A DNA stretch of 64,000 nt. It comes from the human T2T-CHM13v2.0 reference genome, Homo sapiens. Under the pieces are notes generated by a model. It saw only the letters and a list, made by a program, of their open reading frames with translations, made no database searches and was not told the DNA's origin. How positions within the stretch are numbered: position 1 is the first letter of the stretch; each line of letters opens with the position of its first letter. This document shows, one piece after another, positions 13,559 through 27,750 of the stretch. Made by a program: the position numbers and the translations under genes. The stretch lies in the NCBI RefSeq assembly GCF_009914755.1, contig NC_060937.1; one strand, 5' to 3'.

Positions 13559-15320
13559 CACAGTTACTGAGCCATGTGGCCAACTATTAAAACTAGGAGA
13601 AAAGACACAGAAAATGTTGTGTGTGGGGGGGGTGGGGGTAAAATGCTCCCCCTGAAGAGCACTGAGGCTCTAGGGAGCCCGTTAAACCCAGATAATTCTA
13701 CTAGAGCAGGAGGGAGCTGGCCTGGGCCTTCCCAGTTAGCACTCACTGAAAACAACGGGCCTCTGCCGAGAAGCTAAACCTGGGACCCCAGGGATGGTTT
13801 ATCTGGAAGATTAGGGGAGAAACGTGCAAGGCAGCCAAGGCAATCCAGCCATCTCTGCAGCTGGGAAAAGGAGTGATTGTTTTCCTGAGTTGCTAGCCTG
13901 GATTTGCAGAAGGAAAGAATGCCTTGTTTCTGTCCCCTGAAGACGCAAGCTGAAAAAATGTCTGGCTGCTCTTCGCCGCCCTCCCAGGTTCTCTCCCACA
14001 GCCAAGAACGACTGGCTGCTGCCCTGAGCCAGGAGGTCACAACGCTTGTGGAGTAAGGAGCTCGGGTTTTTGTTTGGGGCTTTGTTTTGTTTTCTTAAGT
14101 ATCTGCAGGACAATGTTTGGAAGAGTTGTATGCCCCATAAAAGGAAGAAAATGGTGCTCTTGGATTGTAATCAGTGACTTGTGGTTGGCAGTTATGCCTC
14201 TGCCTTCAGTACTGCAGGCCTGTGCCTTCCACGGACCTTCCCTAACATCATTTCTGGAGATGATGGGGCCAGCTCTTTAAGAAACTATTTTTTCACGTTA
14301 TCATGTGGTAAGAACAGAGATGAACCTCAGAGATGAAGAGTGTGATTGAGCTCAGAGAAACTTCAGTGACTTGATTTTAAATGGGCCAAACAGTTGGATT
14401 TCTTTTACCTTTTGTGCAGAAAGCCTTCGTTTAGAGAAAAGAGGACTGAATTCTGATGGACAGTAGGTGTGGGAGGGGCAGCATGTTATCACAATAGCAT
14501 CGTGATGAGATTCCTGGATGGAGGGAATCACTGGTGCTTGCATATTTGGGGCTTCATCTTAGGGAAGTTCCCTAAAATCTCTGTAGCACCCAGTTTTCGT
14601 GGGAAGAATGTCGTGGGAGCAGGGGCTTCCCTGACCTTGGAAGCCTGGCCGGTCAGTCTCAAACGAGTTTACTGCCTCCGACCCAATTGTGAGGACTGAG
14701 CCAGAGGGAGTGCATGTCAGCCTCAGCCTCCAGCAGCACAGCCCCTTTCTCTACAAGCCTCAGATATAGGGGAAAAAAAACAAAAACAGAGTCAAAAGTA
14801 GGTCTTCATTAATAAAAGACTGGGATCTCCCAGAATTAATCATCTTGCTCATCTTTTCCAGTTCTGGAAATCTGATCTTTGAACCTGGTATCCTCAGTCT
14901 TAGCACAATACCTGGGACCATAATAGATGCTCAGTAAACTTGGTGGGAGGAAAAAATCAAAGAAGGAGTCAAAATAGAGGTGCTCGGTGCCGAGGAGTTG
15001 CTAACCTGGACCATCCAAATAATGACAGTCTGTGGCACTTCAGAAGCATTCCAGAAATGGAACAATGGCACTCCATGAAGCTGTATAAACTCATAATGTA
15101 TCCTGTAACTAACCCAGTATAGAACAGTAACACTGTTTACACTGATTGGAAGGAAGAAGGTTCATCCTGGCGGTTTATGACATTGCCAGAATGGCTTGAA
15201 TCCTTGAGGGTGGGTGACAGGTAGAGTGGATAATAAATGGGCCTCCTGGTTCACAGAGCCTGAGAACCTCTCACCCAATGGGCACCTGGTGCCCCTGCAG
15301 AGTCCAGTCTAAGAGGACAA

Positions 15321-15559
15321 TTTTTTTTTTCAGATGTAGTCTTGTTCTGTTGCCCAGGTTGGAGTGCCTGATCTCAGCTCACTGCAGCCTCCGCCTCCTG
15401 GGTTCAAGCAGTTCCCTGCCTCAGCCTCCCTGGTAGCTGAGATTATAGGTGCACGCCACCACACCCGGCTAATTTTTGTATTTTTAGTAGAGATGGGGTT
15501 TCACCATCTTGGCCAGGCTGGTGTTGACGTCCTGACCTCGTGAGCCACCGCGCCCAGCC
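15321..15559 (-). mobile_element. AluS with internal deletions
   Basis: Antisense Alu; TSD aggacaattt on both sides; ~44 bp missing near the Alu 5' end. Confidence 0.93.
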
Positions 15560-16146
15560 AAGGACAATTTACTCTAGCCACAGATATGGCCATGGTCCTC
15601 ATGTAAGCTGACTACAAATACAGCAAATCCACCTTTCCAAAGACTTCATTCTAAAGATGTAAAAGAACAAAAAGAGATAAAGGAAGAGGATGAGAAGACT
15701 TGAGAAGAGTGGAAGTGTAGAAAGAAAATGTTTAAGGTTCATCCCCTCCCCACCTTGGGGAGTTCCTTTGGCAGCATCTTCTGAAGGGTACTTCTCCTAG
15801 CCCAGGGGCAGAAAGATCCAGTCTTTCGGGGCAGCTGCGGAAGAAAGGAGAGCAGTCCTGTAGCTCATGAAGACATTACGAAGCACAAAGAACTGCACAG
15901 GGACAGAGAGTCTTTAGGGTCTCGAGCTCACTCTATGTCCTTGGCTGTTAAGTTCCCCGAGAGCAAACCCCAGCTTCTCGCTTGCTTCAGGCTCTGCATG
16001 TGTGAGTGTGACCCTTGGGTACTCTCGGGGCATTTTCAGCCATGCGATTCTGGGGACTTCAGAGGACTCTGTTCCTTTCTGACTCGTGTTCCGGCGTCTG
16101 TGGATTGCTCCCAACAGGAGGAGGAGTATTGTCTATTAAGGGAAAA

Positions 16147-16218
16147 GATTTCAGTGACCTGGCAGCAGGGAGCGTCGTCAGTGTTTGACTGTTTATGGTA
16201 TGTCAGGGAGCTGGTTCC
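16147..16218 (+). ncRNA. MIR8073: MIR8073 precursor hairpin (mature miR-8073 about 16157-16178, ACCUGGCAGCAGGGAGCGUCGU)
   Basis: Matches my recollection of hsa-mir-8073, which is known to lie in a COL4A2 intron. An imperfect stem is visible (CCTGGCA/TGTCAGG; GTCA-loop-TGAC). Confidence 0.85.
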
Positions 16219-19200
16219 TGGCAGTGGCTTCCCCAGGGGTGGGGAGGGGTGTGCTGGGGGTGACAGGAAGCACTGAATCACGACAGAGAAGGGAAAGAAG
16301 CCCGCCCGCCACTTCCGGTGTTCACTGAGCAGGTCGGTGGCCAGCGCTGCCTTCGCATCAGAACCCCATTTTAAAACACATCCAAGCGCGTGGCGTCATC
16401 GGGACGACGGGCTTCTCCCCAGTAGAGTGTCAGACCAACACCGCCCTGCACAAAGCTCTGTGTTCCCTGCTTTCTGTCATGTTCCCACCCATAGCCAGAA
16501 ATCCCAGCTGCTGGCCGTCCAGCCCCTATGGAGCAGTGACTAAGGGTGGCTGTGGGACTCACTCACGAGCCTTAGGTTGGGTGTACATAGTTTGTGGCTG
16601 ATTAGGTGTTGTTAAGGATTTACTGTTCAGGGCTGTTGATTTCTGCCACTGGCTTGTCTTCTCCCAAGGACAAGGGGCCTGCCTATTGGCTTTTAGATCT
16701 TAGCACTTAGCAGACTCTCAGAAGTGTTTGCTAGAGGACGTTTTCTGGGGAATGTCCACCTGCACTGATGAAAACAACTCAGTAACAACTCCACTTTGAG
16801 AGGAGCAGAGCAGGAGCCTTCCTTAGGTGTGCGTAAGGGGATACCGGCTTTAAAGACGCCAGGCTGAGTTGCTGTGTCAGGATTGATTCTTTACTTCTCC
16901 ATCTGGAGGTGTTTCTGCTTTATCAGTTTCTCCTCGTTTCCAGCTCTGTCTCGCTGCCAGAGGGCCGACGTTTCCTGGCTTTTGTTGTACTGTGGCACAC
17001 AGTCTGTTTTGAAAGGACAGGAGCATAATAAAAGCGGATATGAAAGAAGGGCCAGATGACATCACATAGAATACTGGAGGAAGTCCGCGTTTGTGGATGT
17101 TTATAATCTCAGCATGTTAGTTGTTTGTAATATGATAAGAGCACTTTTGATACATAGGAGGACTACAAGCCTTGTTGCTTAGACAGGACTCACGAATTTT
17201 TATCTTAGGCTCATAGTGACGAACAGAGAATGGGGATCTTGGCCTGGATCCCAAGTGACCCTGGCTCATTGGTTGACCTCGGGTACAAGATTCGGCATAG
17301 ATGAGCCATTTAAATTGTGCCTAAGCCAGCTACTCATTGAATTTTTTAAAAGAAAGAGAGAGATAGAATAAAGAAAGCTAAGAATTTGACTTATTAGAGA
17401 TGAATTAGCTTACTAAATTTTTTCCTTTTGAAATCTTACTTCAGAGAAATTGATGGTACCTAGAACTTAACATTAAATCAAGTAAGACCCTTTTAAGGTG
17501 AATTCTGGAAGCCATATAGAGTCAGCATTATATGCATGCTTACTCAGTGAAAATCCTAAAGCATGCAAGTGTCTCCATAAAGAGCAATCTCCTTGAACAA
17601 TGACAGTGTTGACACCTGCTGTTCCCCAGGTCTGTATCGTGAGATGGAAATACACCAGCATCTTCCCCCACTAGGGGAAGATGATAAAATGCAGGTTAAG
17701 AACATGGACCATGGATGCTGGGTACTTCCTGCCGGGAGCCGGGCACTATCCTCACCTCTTCCCGTGGGTTAATCTCCTTTCATCCTAACGGCAACCCCAG
17801 GAGGCAGGAACAGTAGGTTCTACCCATTTTTTAAATGAGGACCCTGCAGGGCATGTGGGATGAGCATTCCTCACAAGACCGCCCCCACGAAACATGGCCT
17901 GGAGCCCGGGCACCCTTGGTCCAAAGCAAATCAAGTTTCTCCCAAACACAGTGCCATTCAGAGCAAACCAAATCTGCAGCACTGGAGACCCGCACACCCG
18001 ACTGGAAGCTTAGGGCAGGGCAAAGGCACAAGACAGCATCATAGCACTCTGGAGCCCAGGAAGAACCCATCTTCTTGCAAACACTCCAGATTAAGCGTAA
18101 AAAGACTAGAAAAATCAACTGTCTTCATGCACTGGTATAGGAGAGCAGGGTAGAGCTGGCTCCTAAAATTTCACACTCAGGAGACTCTAAAAATCGTGCT
18201 CAAACCTAAAAATGTGTGCATGCTAATTCCAAATTAGCCTTATCGACAGAGGTTAGCGTCCAAAACTTGGTCTAACCTAGTCCAGGGAACATGCAATCTT
18301 TGCAACTTCATACTGCAGTGACTGTGTGTGTGGTCTCTGATTGTCCATCGAACACAAGAATTAAAATCCCAACAACCTAGTGAGGGGCAGAGAGGAGTGG
18401 GATTGAAAATCCACTGTTGAAATATCCAGGTAGATAATCCACTCCCAAATAACGGAGTGCTGCCTGCGCCTGTCCGTACCCAATGGGTGCTCTCCTCTGC
18501 TGGCCCCAGGAGTAGGCGTCTGCTGTGACTTAGAGCAGATTTTATGCACAGACCTTCTTCCAGGCAGAGAAAAAACTACCGAGTGTGAGTTCACAGCAAA
18601 GGCATCCTCGATCCCTGCTGATGTGGGAAGGCATAGGTACACGCCGTCTGAAAGCTGCCAGGCGTGATTCACTTGGCAGCGTACCTCCAGGAGAAAGGGC
18701 GGGGCAGAAATTCAGAAATTCTAACCCAGAAGCCAGGCCAGCAGGTAGGTAAAGTGGCTGTCGCATGGGTGTGGTGTTGTCCATGGCCCCAAAGCCCCTG
18801 GGACTTTGATGGTCAAGTTTGCAAAGATAAAGCTGCAGGCACCTGAGGCTGAGCCTGCCCGGGCAGCGCAGCGCTGCTGTGTGCCAATGCAAACGGGGAC
18901 CTTCCTTGCCTAGACCAGTCTTCACCAACCAGAACAGAAATCTTATTGTATTCTGAAAAAGGATTCCTGGATCTCTTTCATTCCATGCTTTTCAGATTTT
19001 TTTCTCCCAAATTTAGCACAGAGGGCAGGTTTTGAACAGAACTCTTAAACTGAAGGTACTTCTCTGGAATAAATAGCTTCAAGAGATGGACCCACTTTGT
19101 TTATTACCAACAGGGCTAAATATTTACCTTAGACCTATATGCCAATACTAACCACATACACATTTTCATTCATTGCCAAAGAATACCAAGAACTGGCATG

Positions 19201-22200
19201 CCGTATAAATAATTAAAATTTAGTGTAGATAATGTGTGAGGTAATGCTTATATTAGATGATGTCTCGGTGAACTCTCTCCCTAACGAAACAGAAGAAAAA
19301 CAACATAGCTCATAAATATGTAAGGGTATTTATTCTAAATGTAACATGTGAAACTCTTCACTGCATGTGTACCTATGAGTCTGAAAACTCACTTCTAACT
19401 ATGATTACATTGATGGCCTCTTGAACAAGAGTTAAAAGCTCCTTGTAACTTGTTCTTCTCAACACGGAGACAGAACAAAATCCCTCAGGCTATTAAAAGG
19501 ATGACATGACAAATAGCCTTCATAAAAGATGGTCTTTTATGCAGCCAATTTTCTTATTAGTTATTTGACGACAACATTGAGGTTTAAATGAGTAGCCAAT
19601 GAGAGAATATTGAAGTAGGCTGTTTGTTACAGCACATCTCCTCTAACTCATACTTGCTGATAGGTAATTGGAACAGAAGAGAATGATGTCAGTATGAGAT
19701 GGAAGTCATGTTAGTTCATGCGTGACATTTTTCCCAGCATGGTGTTTGTACCACTGAGTAACAGGATAGCTGAGGGTAAGTAGAAGAATACACATCAGCA
19801 CAGCAAACTGTCAAGGAATGGAACTCTATACGAGACCCCAGGGCCGCAGTATTCTCTCTCTTGCCTCGCTCAGGCCACATACTCTCCTTAGAAATGCTTT
19901 CTCCACAGCTCTTCCCAATCTTTGGTCATCCTGTCCTTGCTCTCTGCAGTGTAGCAGTCTCAGCACTTCCTTACACCCCCTTCTATGAAACTATGCCATC
20001 ACTTTTCTTCAAGATAAACTGTTTTATTTACTGCAGTATTTCTTTACTTGAGAAGTTAACATGTCCATTAAACTGTGCTATTATTTGTATTAGGATTGCT
20101 ACCAATTTTATTAAGGCCCTAGTTACAAAGTTGCATCGGTATTGAGTGGTCTGCCCCAGCTCTGTTTTTCCCATGGACCTCGGTGGTTTGCTGTGTGGTT
20201 TTGCAGAGTGTGAGAATTTTTCAGAAACAGTCATATACTGTGTTACAGCAGAAAAGCCTGTTCTTAAAAAGAATGAGTGGGGACTAGATGTGAATCAATG
20301 TGATTTGACTTTCTTCTTCCCAAGGTGAGTGGCTGGTGTGTTTGAGTTGGTCTTGACTACACTGACAAGGAAGGTGAGGGTATGGAGGACATTCCAAGCT
20401 GAAGGAACAGTGTGTACAAACGCAAGTTCTTTGCGAGGATGGAACTTCAGAGGTGTTCATACTCAATGCATTGAAAATCCTCACATTCCCTCAGCATGTA
20501 AAATAAGTGATTAAGCATTCCGCTGTAGTTGAAAGAAAAAGAGACTTTGAAAGTGGAGGGAACAGTGGATGCAGGGGAGCAGAACCCCAGTCGGCGGGTC
20601 TCAGGAGAAGCGAAGCCTGCTGTTCCTGGGAAGCAGTGGGGTGCAGGAATCAGAGGACAGCAGATGCTGGCTTCACACCCTCACCTTCCCTATGGGTACA
20701 GTCGAGGCCTCCTCAAACACACCAGCCACTCACCTGGGAAAGAAGAAAGTCAGACTCACATTGATGCACATCTCGTCCTCACCCGTTCTTTTTAACCTGA
20801 TATGGGCTCTCAACTAAAGGGTTAATACCAGAAGCACCCACCTAGCTAAGTACCGACCTAGACAGCCATTAGTGATTTACAAAAACATGAAGGGTGGCCA
20901 TCTATATTAGGGGTGGAGAAGGACAGGGGGCAAGGGAAGGTGGTTTCTGGCAATTGGTCCACTGACACACCCCCAGCTGCTGTGTGGGACAGAAGTCACG
21001 TGAGTCAGATAGCAACACCCAGGCTCTCATCTTGTTCCATCTCATCTGTGCCTGGGCATGTGTACCTGTGCACAGGGGGACCACCTTCTGCAAGGTAGCT
21101 GGGGTGCGTGTTAGTTCTCAGAATAGTGCCAGCTGTGTGTCCACTTCATGATGACATCAAGAAGATGGGCTTTGGGATCCTGCCCACACCCAGCTCCGGG
21201 GCGCTGCTGATGTATCTGGGCAACCCCAGCCAGGATCCTGGGCTGCCTCTATCACCCTCACAACCTGGGGGCCAGGAGCCAGCAATGAAGGCCAGTGAGA
21301 GGTGAATTTGGAAATGAGGAGCTTTCCTGGGGTACTGAAGGAACAGTATCAAAATACTTGAAAAGAAAGAGAACTCTTTCTTGTTTGAGGCTTTTGGGGC
21401 GTTGTTTCCTGCGTAACTCAAAGCCTTGGGAATCCCAGACAGAAAGTCATTTAAGATTAACTTTTGAAATCAAGTGAGTAAGACCTGATTCAAAGGAGAA
21501 TTTAGCCATGGGTTAATAAATATATCTAAATTGCAATGAAAATCTTCAGCGGTCTTAGCCGTTGATCCCGTGGTCACCATAGACAATATAAGGAGCAGTG
21601 TCTATGGCAGGAGTGATGGAACAGATTTCAGGAAGTAACTTTGAGTGAGAGAAGCAGGGGCCCCAGAACTCTAGTGACCAAGACATTCGAAGACAGGCAA
21701 GGAAACCTTCAAATGCAGGCAACTCATATTTCGACGGGGCACCCTCCAGTGCTCCGAGATGGAAATTGCCTGCATTTCAGTGCCCTGTTCTGTGGCTCCA
21801 GCGCCCTGCTGTATGCCCACTGTGAAGGCTGCTTGTCACCTGTGCTGCCCAGCTCAACCCGGCCCCTTTGGTCGCTGTCCTGCCTGCCTGACGGCTGACG
21901 ACGGCCCCACGCCCATGTCTACACCCTGGGTGTTTGCTGTGTAGGTTCCAGGCTTCTAGACCAGATGACTCAAGATGAGGCACATGTGAGTCTCCACCCA
22001 GCACCTAATAAAACCACCCAACAAATGAGGGCTCAGCTCCTCCCGGGGTGAAGGCCAGGGTGCTCTGTTGACTAAGGGGAGGCCATGAAAGAACGGGGAA
22101 GACTGGCTCTGGACAGAGCCTCATCCCCTGCGCTTATCGTGGCTCACTGCCAAGTGCGAACACCTGGGTCCACGCCTCCGCATGCCGGGCCCGTGTGCAC

Positions 22201-24954
22201 ACCTGCCTTCCTCGCTGGTGAGAGGGCGCATCTCAGCCTGCTTTTCGCCTCTAGAAAGGCACTGAGTGTGAACTGTGAAGAAGTGGCCAGGGCAGAGGAT
22301 GTGTGTCAGGAAATGCCAAGCCCCCTTTCCTCACTCAGCCAGATGGCCTACCTGTCCTCACCTGAAACCAGGCCCACCCATGCTCTGAGATCATCTCTAG
22401 CCCAGGACAAGGCATTTCCAAGGCAGCGTTGGCTTAGACTATGTTGGCTGGGCTTCAACTCTCATTCATGTGTCAGGAGCTCTAGGCCGGGGAGCCAGGC
22501 ATTGGTGACCCTTTAGCTGGGAAGGCTCGGGGGGCTGAGTTACATCACCAAACCCTCACAGCAGCCCTGTGCAAGGGTGCCATCATCCTCCCTTTGTGCA
22601 GAAGATGCTGTGGCTTCAAAGGACCAGTCACTTCTCTGCCTGAACTCTTGCCCTTTGCTACATCATTCATGTTCCCAGTTGGCCCCTCACACCTGCTCTT
22701 CAGCATCCCGGGTTCTCAGCAGTTCCTACCTGGGGCCCTGCCTGCCATCCCTCCACTGTCATTCAGCCTGCTTTAAATGTCTCAGGATGACTAATGTCAC
22801 TGGGATGTGTTCTGGCCCTGGCCTTTGGCCCACCACACACTGCATGCCCTGGCAGTCAAATTCCTGAATTTTTTCTGGAGCCAGTCCTGCCCGTCAGGAC
22901 CCAAGCTCCAGCACTAAAGTACGGCTGTCAGAGGTGGCCCTGCCAATAGCACACTGTGTGTGGAAAACACCCAGACATTGAGCTGCCTGAGGAGAAATGG
23001 AAGGTGGCCCACTTGGCCGGTCATTGCTCATTAAAATGTATAGGTGTGCAGATATGAAAACACGGGGCTTGTTGCCGATGACTCAGGGGAGGGCACCGAA
23101 CGTCATGCCTCCTGGTTATGTCTTGCCGCCGTGTTGAACCAGGATGGGGAATGATCCCATTCCTCAGGTATTCGTCTGGGAGACCGTAAAGGATTGCTTC
23201 CAGACAGGAAGGACGTCTGTCTTCCTAAAGAGTGTCTAGCCCAACTCGTTGAACTACTGTCATTTCTTTCTGGTTCTCCTGTTCCAAATACACAGCCTGA
23301 GCTCCTCCCTCCTTCTCTGAGTCTCTCAGTTCCATGAGGACAGGCATCGACGCAGTCATAACTGCTGGCACTCACTGGCATTCCAGAAAAGCCCATGGGG
23401 CTTATTCATTGTACGTGGGGGAGCGCCCCTGTCCTTCAGGCATTTCACCATCTTGAGCTGGTGACTAGTTCAAGACCATTCTGTAGAGTGAACACATTTA
23501 TTTAGGATGCCCTTGAAGTACTGTTAAACAAAGGAAGCTGAATTGGCTGGCTTTGCTGCCCGGCATATAGAAGAAGGATTTGTGCTGGGTGGTGCAACTG
23601 TGACCTGCACTTCCTCTTCCATATACCTTGCCCTGCTAATACCATGTTGGAATTATTTCCTTAATTTCTAAAGCTGCATGTGCGGAAATGGCTTATATTT
23701 CCTGTTTTGATAAACTAATAGAACTTTACTGAGAACCTTGTTCCCGAGTTGGCTTTCTTCTCTTTTGGCCTCTTTTTTGATTAAAATAGTAATTCTAAAA
23801 GTCCAGCTTGACTGGACTTGTGTCAAAGACAAAGAATTGTATAGATTTTTTTTTTTGCCTTGAAAAGATAACTTTTTAGCTTTCAAAAGGATGATAACTT
23901 TTTAACAATAGGTAATGTTGATCTCGTTTGTCACTTGGCGTAGGTTTTTCAGTATTCCTCTGTGGAGGGAATTTGGGTTAGATGCTAGGCACAATCCAAT
24001 CGTCAGCTATCTGTAAATTCCCTTCAGAGGATGGCTCTTGTTGGCTGGAGGTAAATTGGCTTAAAAAGACTTCCTTGGACAAGAAGTTTCTTGGAACATG
24101 TAGAGGACAAAATATTCTTTGTTTTGGGACAGATGAGTTTTGTTCTTGCGATTCATATAACTCGATTACTGCTCATTTTCTATGTGCAAGTTGAGAACAA
24201 TGACCAGCATTTTTTTTCATTCGTCTACATGGCATCCACTTTAAATGATACTCATGTCTGAAGAGGGCTGGGTGCATTTCCATGGTTTGTTCCCTTGCTA
24301 TATGTTGACAATTTGCAGTGGTAGTAGAGAAATAGTAGTCTCAAAGAGTTTAAATTGTTTATGTGTTTTGTTTCCTGGCATTCAGGTTGTCATTTAAACC
24401 TATTTTTTTAGTGTCCTAAATATAAGGACCAATCTGCCATGGAGAGAAGTGACATTGGGCAGTTTTCTCCACGTTTTGAGATGGGCGATTCCTCAGACAT
24501 CTACCAAGGAGGACACCCTTTTCCCCGGTGGCAAAGGAGGGACTCTCCCTCTGCCTGGTGGCACAGGATCCTAGTGAAGGCAACACGATACTCTCTTCTC
24601 ACTGTCATTGGGTCACTCACAGAAGAGCCAGGGCAGCAACCAGGAGGACCGGATGTCCTCTTAATCCTGCAGCTGCCACTCTTGATCTCTGCTCCAACTC
24701 CACTGTATCCCATTGATAAATGACAGAGTCTCTGCTGGCAGCCAGGCAGCTAGTGACTCCAAGCAAGAAATTCTGCATTTGATCCTGATAGGAGCCTGGT
24801 TCAAGAAACTAGAACCTGGTTTTCCTTAAAGGGTTCCATGACTTTTATTCTTCCAGAGGTAAAAGACTCACCAAGGAATCTAGATTGTGCATCTGGAGTG
24901 ATTTGATGTCTATGGTAAATCTATCCATGCAAACAGATGGATTTTCATATCTTC

Positions 24955-25250
24955 TTTTTTTTTTTTATTGAGACACAGTCTCACTCCGTCACCCAGGCTG
25001 GAGTGCAGTAGCACAGTCGTGGCTCACTAAAACCTCCACTTCTCGGGTTGAAGTGATTCTTGTGTCTCAACCTCGTGAGTAGTTGGTATTACAAGCGTGA
25101 GCCACCATGTCCAGCTAATTTTTACATTCTTAGTAGAGACAGGGTTTCACCATGTTGGCCAGGCTGGTCTTGAACTCCTAACTTCAAGTGATCCACCGCC
25201 TAGGCCTCCCAAAGTGCTAGGCTTACAGGCGTGAGCCACCACACCCAGCC
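24955..25250 (-). mobile_element. Alu (S/J), full length
   Basis: Poly-T plus antisense Alu consensus; degenerate TSD (attttcatatctt / atttccacatctt). Confidence 0.95.
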
Positions 25251-25802
25251 CAATTTCCACATCTTTCTAAATGTAATGATGCCAAGATTTAAATAAGACT
25301 CCAAGGAAAAGAATTTCCATATATGAAGTCAACCAAGAAATCCCTCACTCAAAGATTCCCGTTCTGCACCTGGAAAAAATGTCTGTTGCATTCCAATTGA
25401 GTAGAATGTAATCTAAGGTTTCTGGAAAACACATCTTATGCCTTTACATACACTGCCAACTGGCTCCTAAACATTTCCAATTCCTACAGTTTTGAATTGG
25501 CACAGCAATGCTGGCTACCAGTTTCAGAACAGGAAAAAGAAGAGCTCTAGAAGGATATTTTGAATTTTAAAAAAATTAAAAGAGAGAACTACAATTTTTT
25601 TTAGCACTTGGAGGGATTAGAGGCTCAGCCACTGAGTCCTTAGGGCTCAGAGCCGCCCCAGATGCAGCACAGGTCACAGAGGTCAAAGCAAGGTCCAAGG
25701 GCCATCACTTTTCTAGGACAGACATGCCAGGCACCCACTGAGTCATGGAACATGCTGAACCTGTAATAACTCCTACCTTCTGTTGCACCCAGGGTGATGG
25801 TT

Positions 25803-26015
25803 CAGTGGTTTCCAGCTTTCTCACTATCTCTAAACAAAGCCTGTTTTCACAATGCCCATCCGACCACCTAGTGTAGGGCTTTGCAAACCTCGGTGTGCTA
25901 ACCTGGAAGTCATGCTAGAAAGCAGGTTCTGCTCCAAGAAAGGTGGGGTGGGGCCTGCATTCCTCACTAGCTCCAGGGTGATGCTGATGGGCCCTGTCCA
26001 CACAGCACACTTGCC
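25803..26015. mobile_element. MER5-type hAT-Charlie relic
   Basis: cagtggtttcc…gtggggcctgcattcctcactagctccagggtgatgctgatg… resembles MER5A/B. Confidence 0.5.
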
Positions 26016-26101
26016 ATGGCGGGGGCCAGCTGGGAGAGCAGCTGCCCTTCAGACAAGCACTCATGACCTCTTTGACTTTGTGTCTAAGTCCCTGCCTCTG
26101 A

Positions 26102-26710
<609 letters not shown>

Positions 26711-27274
26711 TAGGTTTATGCTGCTTTGGACACTTATTTCCTAAAATGTATAATTCACATTTATTTTTCAGAACTATTCCTTTTGGTTCCACAACACTAA
26801 AGATGTCAAGAGCTTACAATAATCAGACTTAGCACCCCTTCCCTTTGTCCACAGTGCCTCTGCCAGCTTCTTTAATTCCTCTGCCTTTCTTGAAGGAGCA
26901 GATAAGTCCAATGGGGTCTGGCCTCCAGGTTGGTGTGTGATGAGATAGTTGGCAAGGTAGGACTGCCTGCAGGTCCTCAGTAAATGTTCATTCATTTGCT
27001 GAGGGAAGTAATGATTCATCCCCCTAGGCAAACTCCTTCCATGATTTGGAATTTAGGTCTGAAGTTTCCTGGCCAATGCGCCTGGGAAGCCACTGAGCTG
27101 GCTGTCAGCTGAGTAGGGACTAAGGATGTTCAACTGTGGGTACTGAAAAGCGGCACTAGATTGAAATGGAGTCCTGAGCTGCAAGTTGGGGAGCACAGCA
27201 GTGTTGGAGCATCCTGAAAGTCATAGGAAGAATGGGCTTCGAGTCACTCCAACTCAGGATGTTCCTGATTCCCT

Positions 27275-27314
27275 GATAATGATCATGATGATGATGATGA
27301 TGACGATGATGATG
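27275..27314. repeat. (GAT)n trinucleotide repeat, interrupted
   Basis: gataatgatcatgatgatgatgatgatgacgatgatgatg. Confidence 0.9.
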
Positions 27315-27559
27315 GCATGAAGGTGGTGCCCTCCTAGGCCTGGAGGTTAGGGGTAGCCAGTCTGTCTCTGCTTTCTAGCAGTGAGAGCCTCAGGCTGTCA
27401 GGCAGGGAGGTTGGCCTTGGGAGGTAGGCATAGAAGGAATAGTGGAGCATAGCAGAGCCCTAGGGCGCAGGCCTGAACACAGCCAGTCCTCTCTGTGAAC
27501 AGGATAATGCAATACTTAAGGACCCACTGTTCCTAATTTGCTCTCTAACCATCCTCTTC

Positions 27560-27750
27560 TTCGCAGCTCTTACCAGAATTTAAATTATGTGGGTTTAGTT
27601 GTTTGTTTACTTATTTCACCTTCTTGTCTACTTGGTCACCTGCCACAGGGCAGGAGCAATGTCTAATCTGCCCCCTACTCTATACCCAGAGCCCAGCACA
27701 GTGCATGGCTCAGAGGAAATTCACATCAGTGATCATGAGTGAATGAATTT
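27560..27750 (+). mobile_element. L2 3' end
   Basis: …agggcaggagcaatgtct…cccagagcccagcacagtgcatggc…tgagtgaatgaat, the characteristic L2 tail. Confidence 0.7.
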
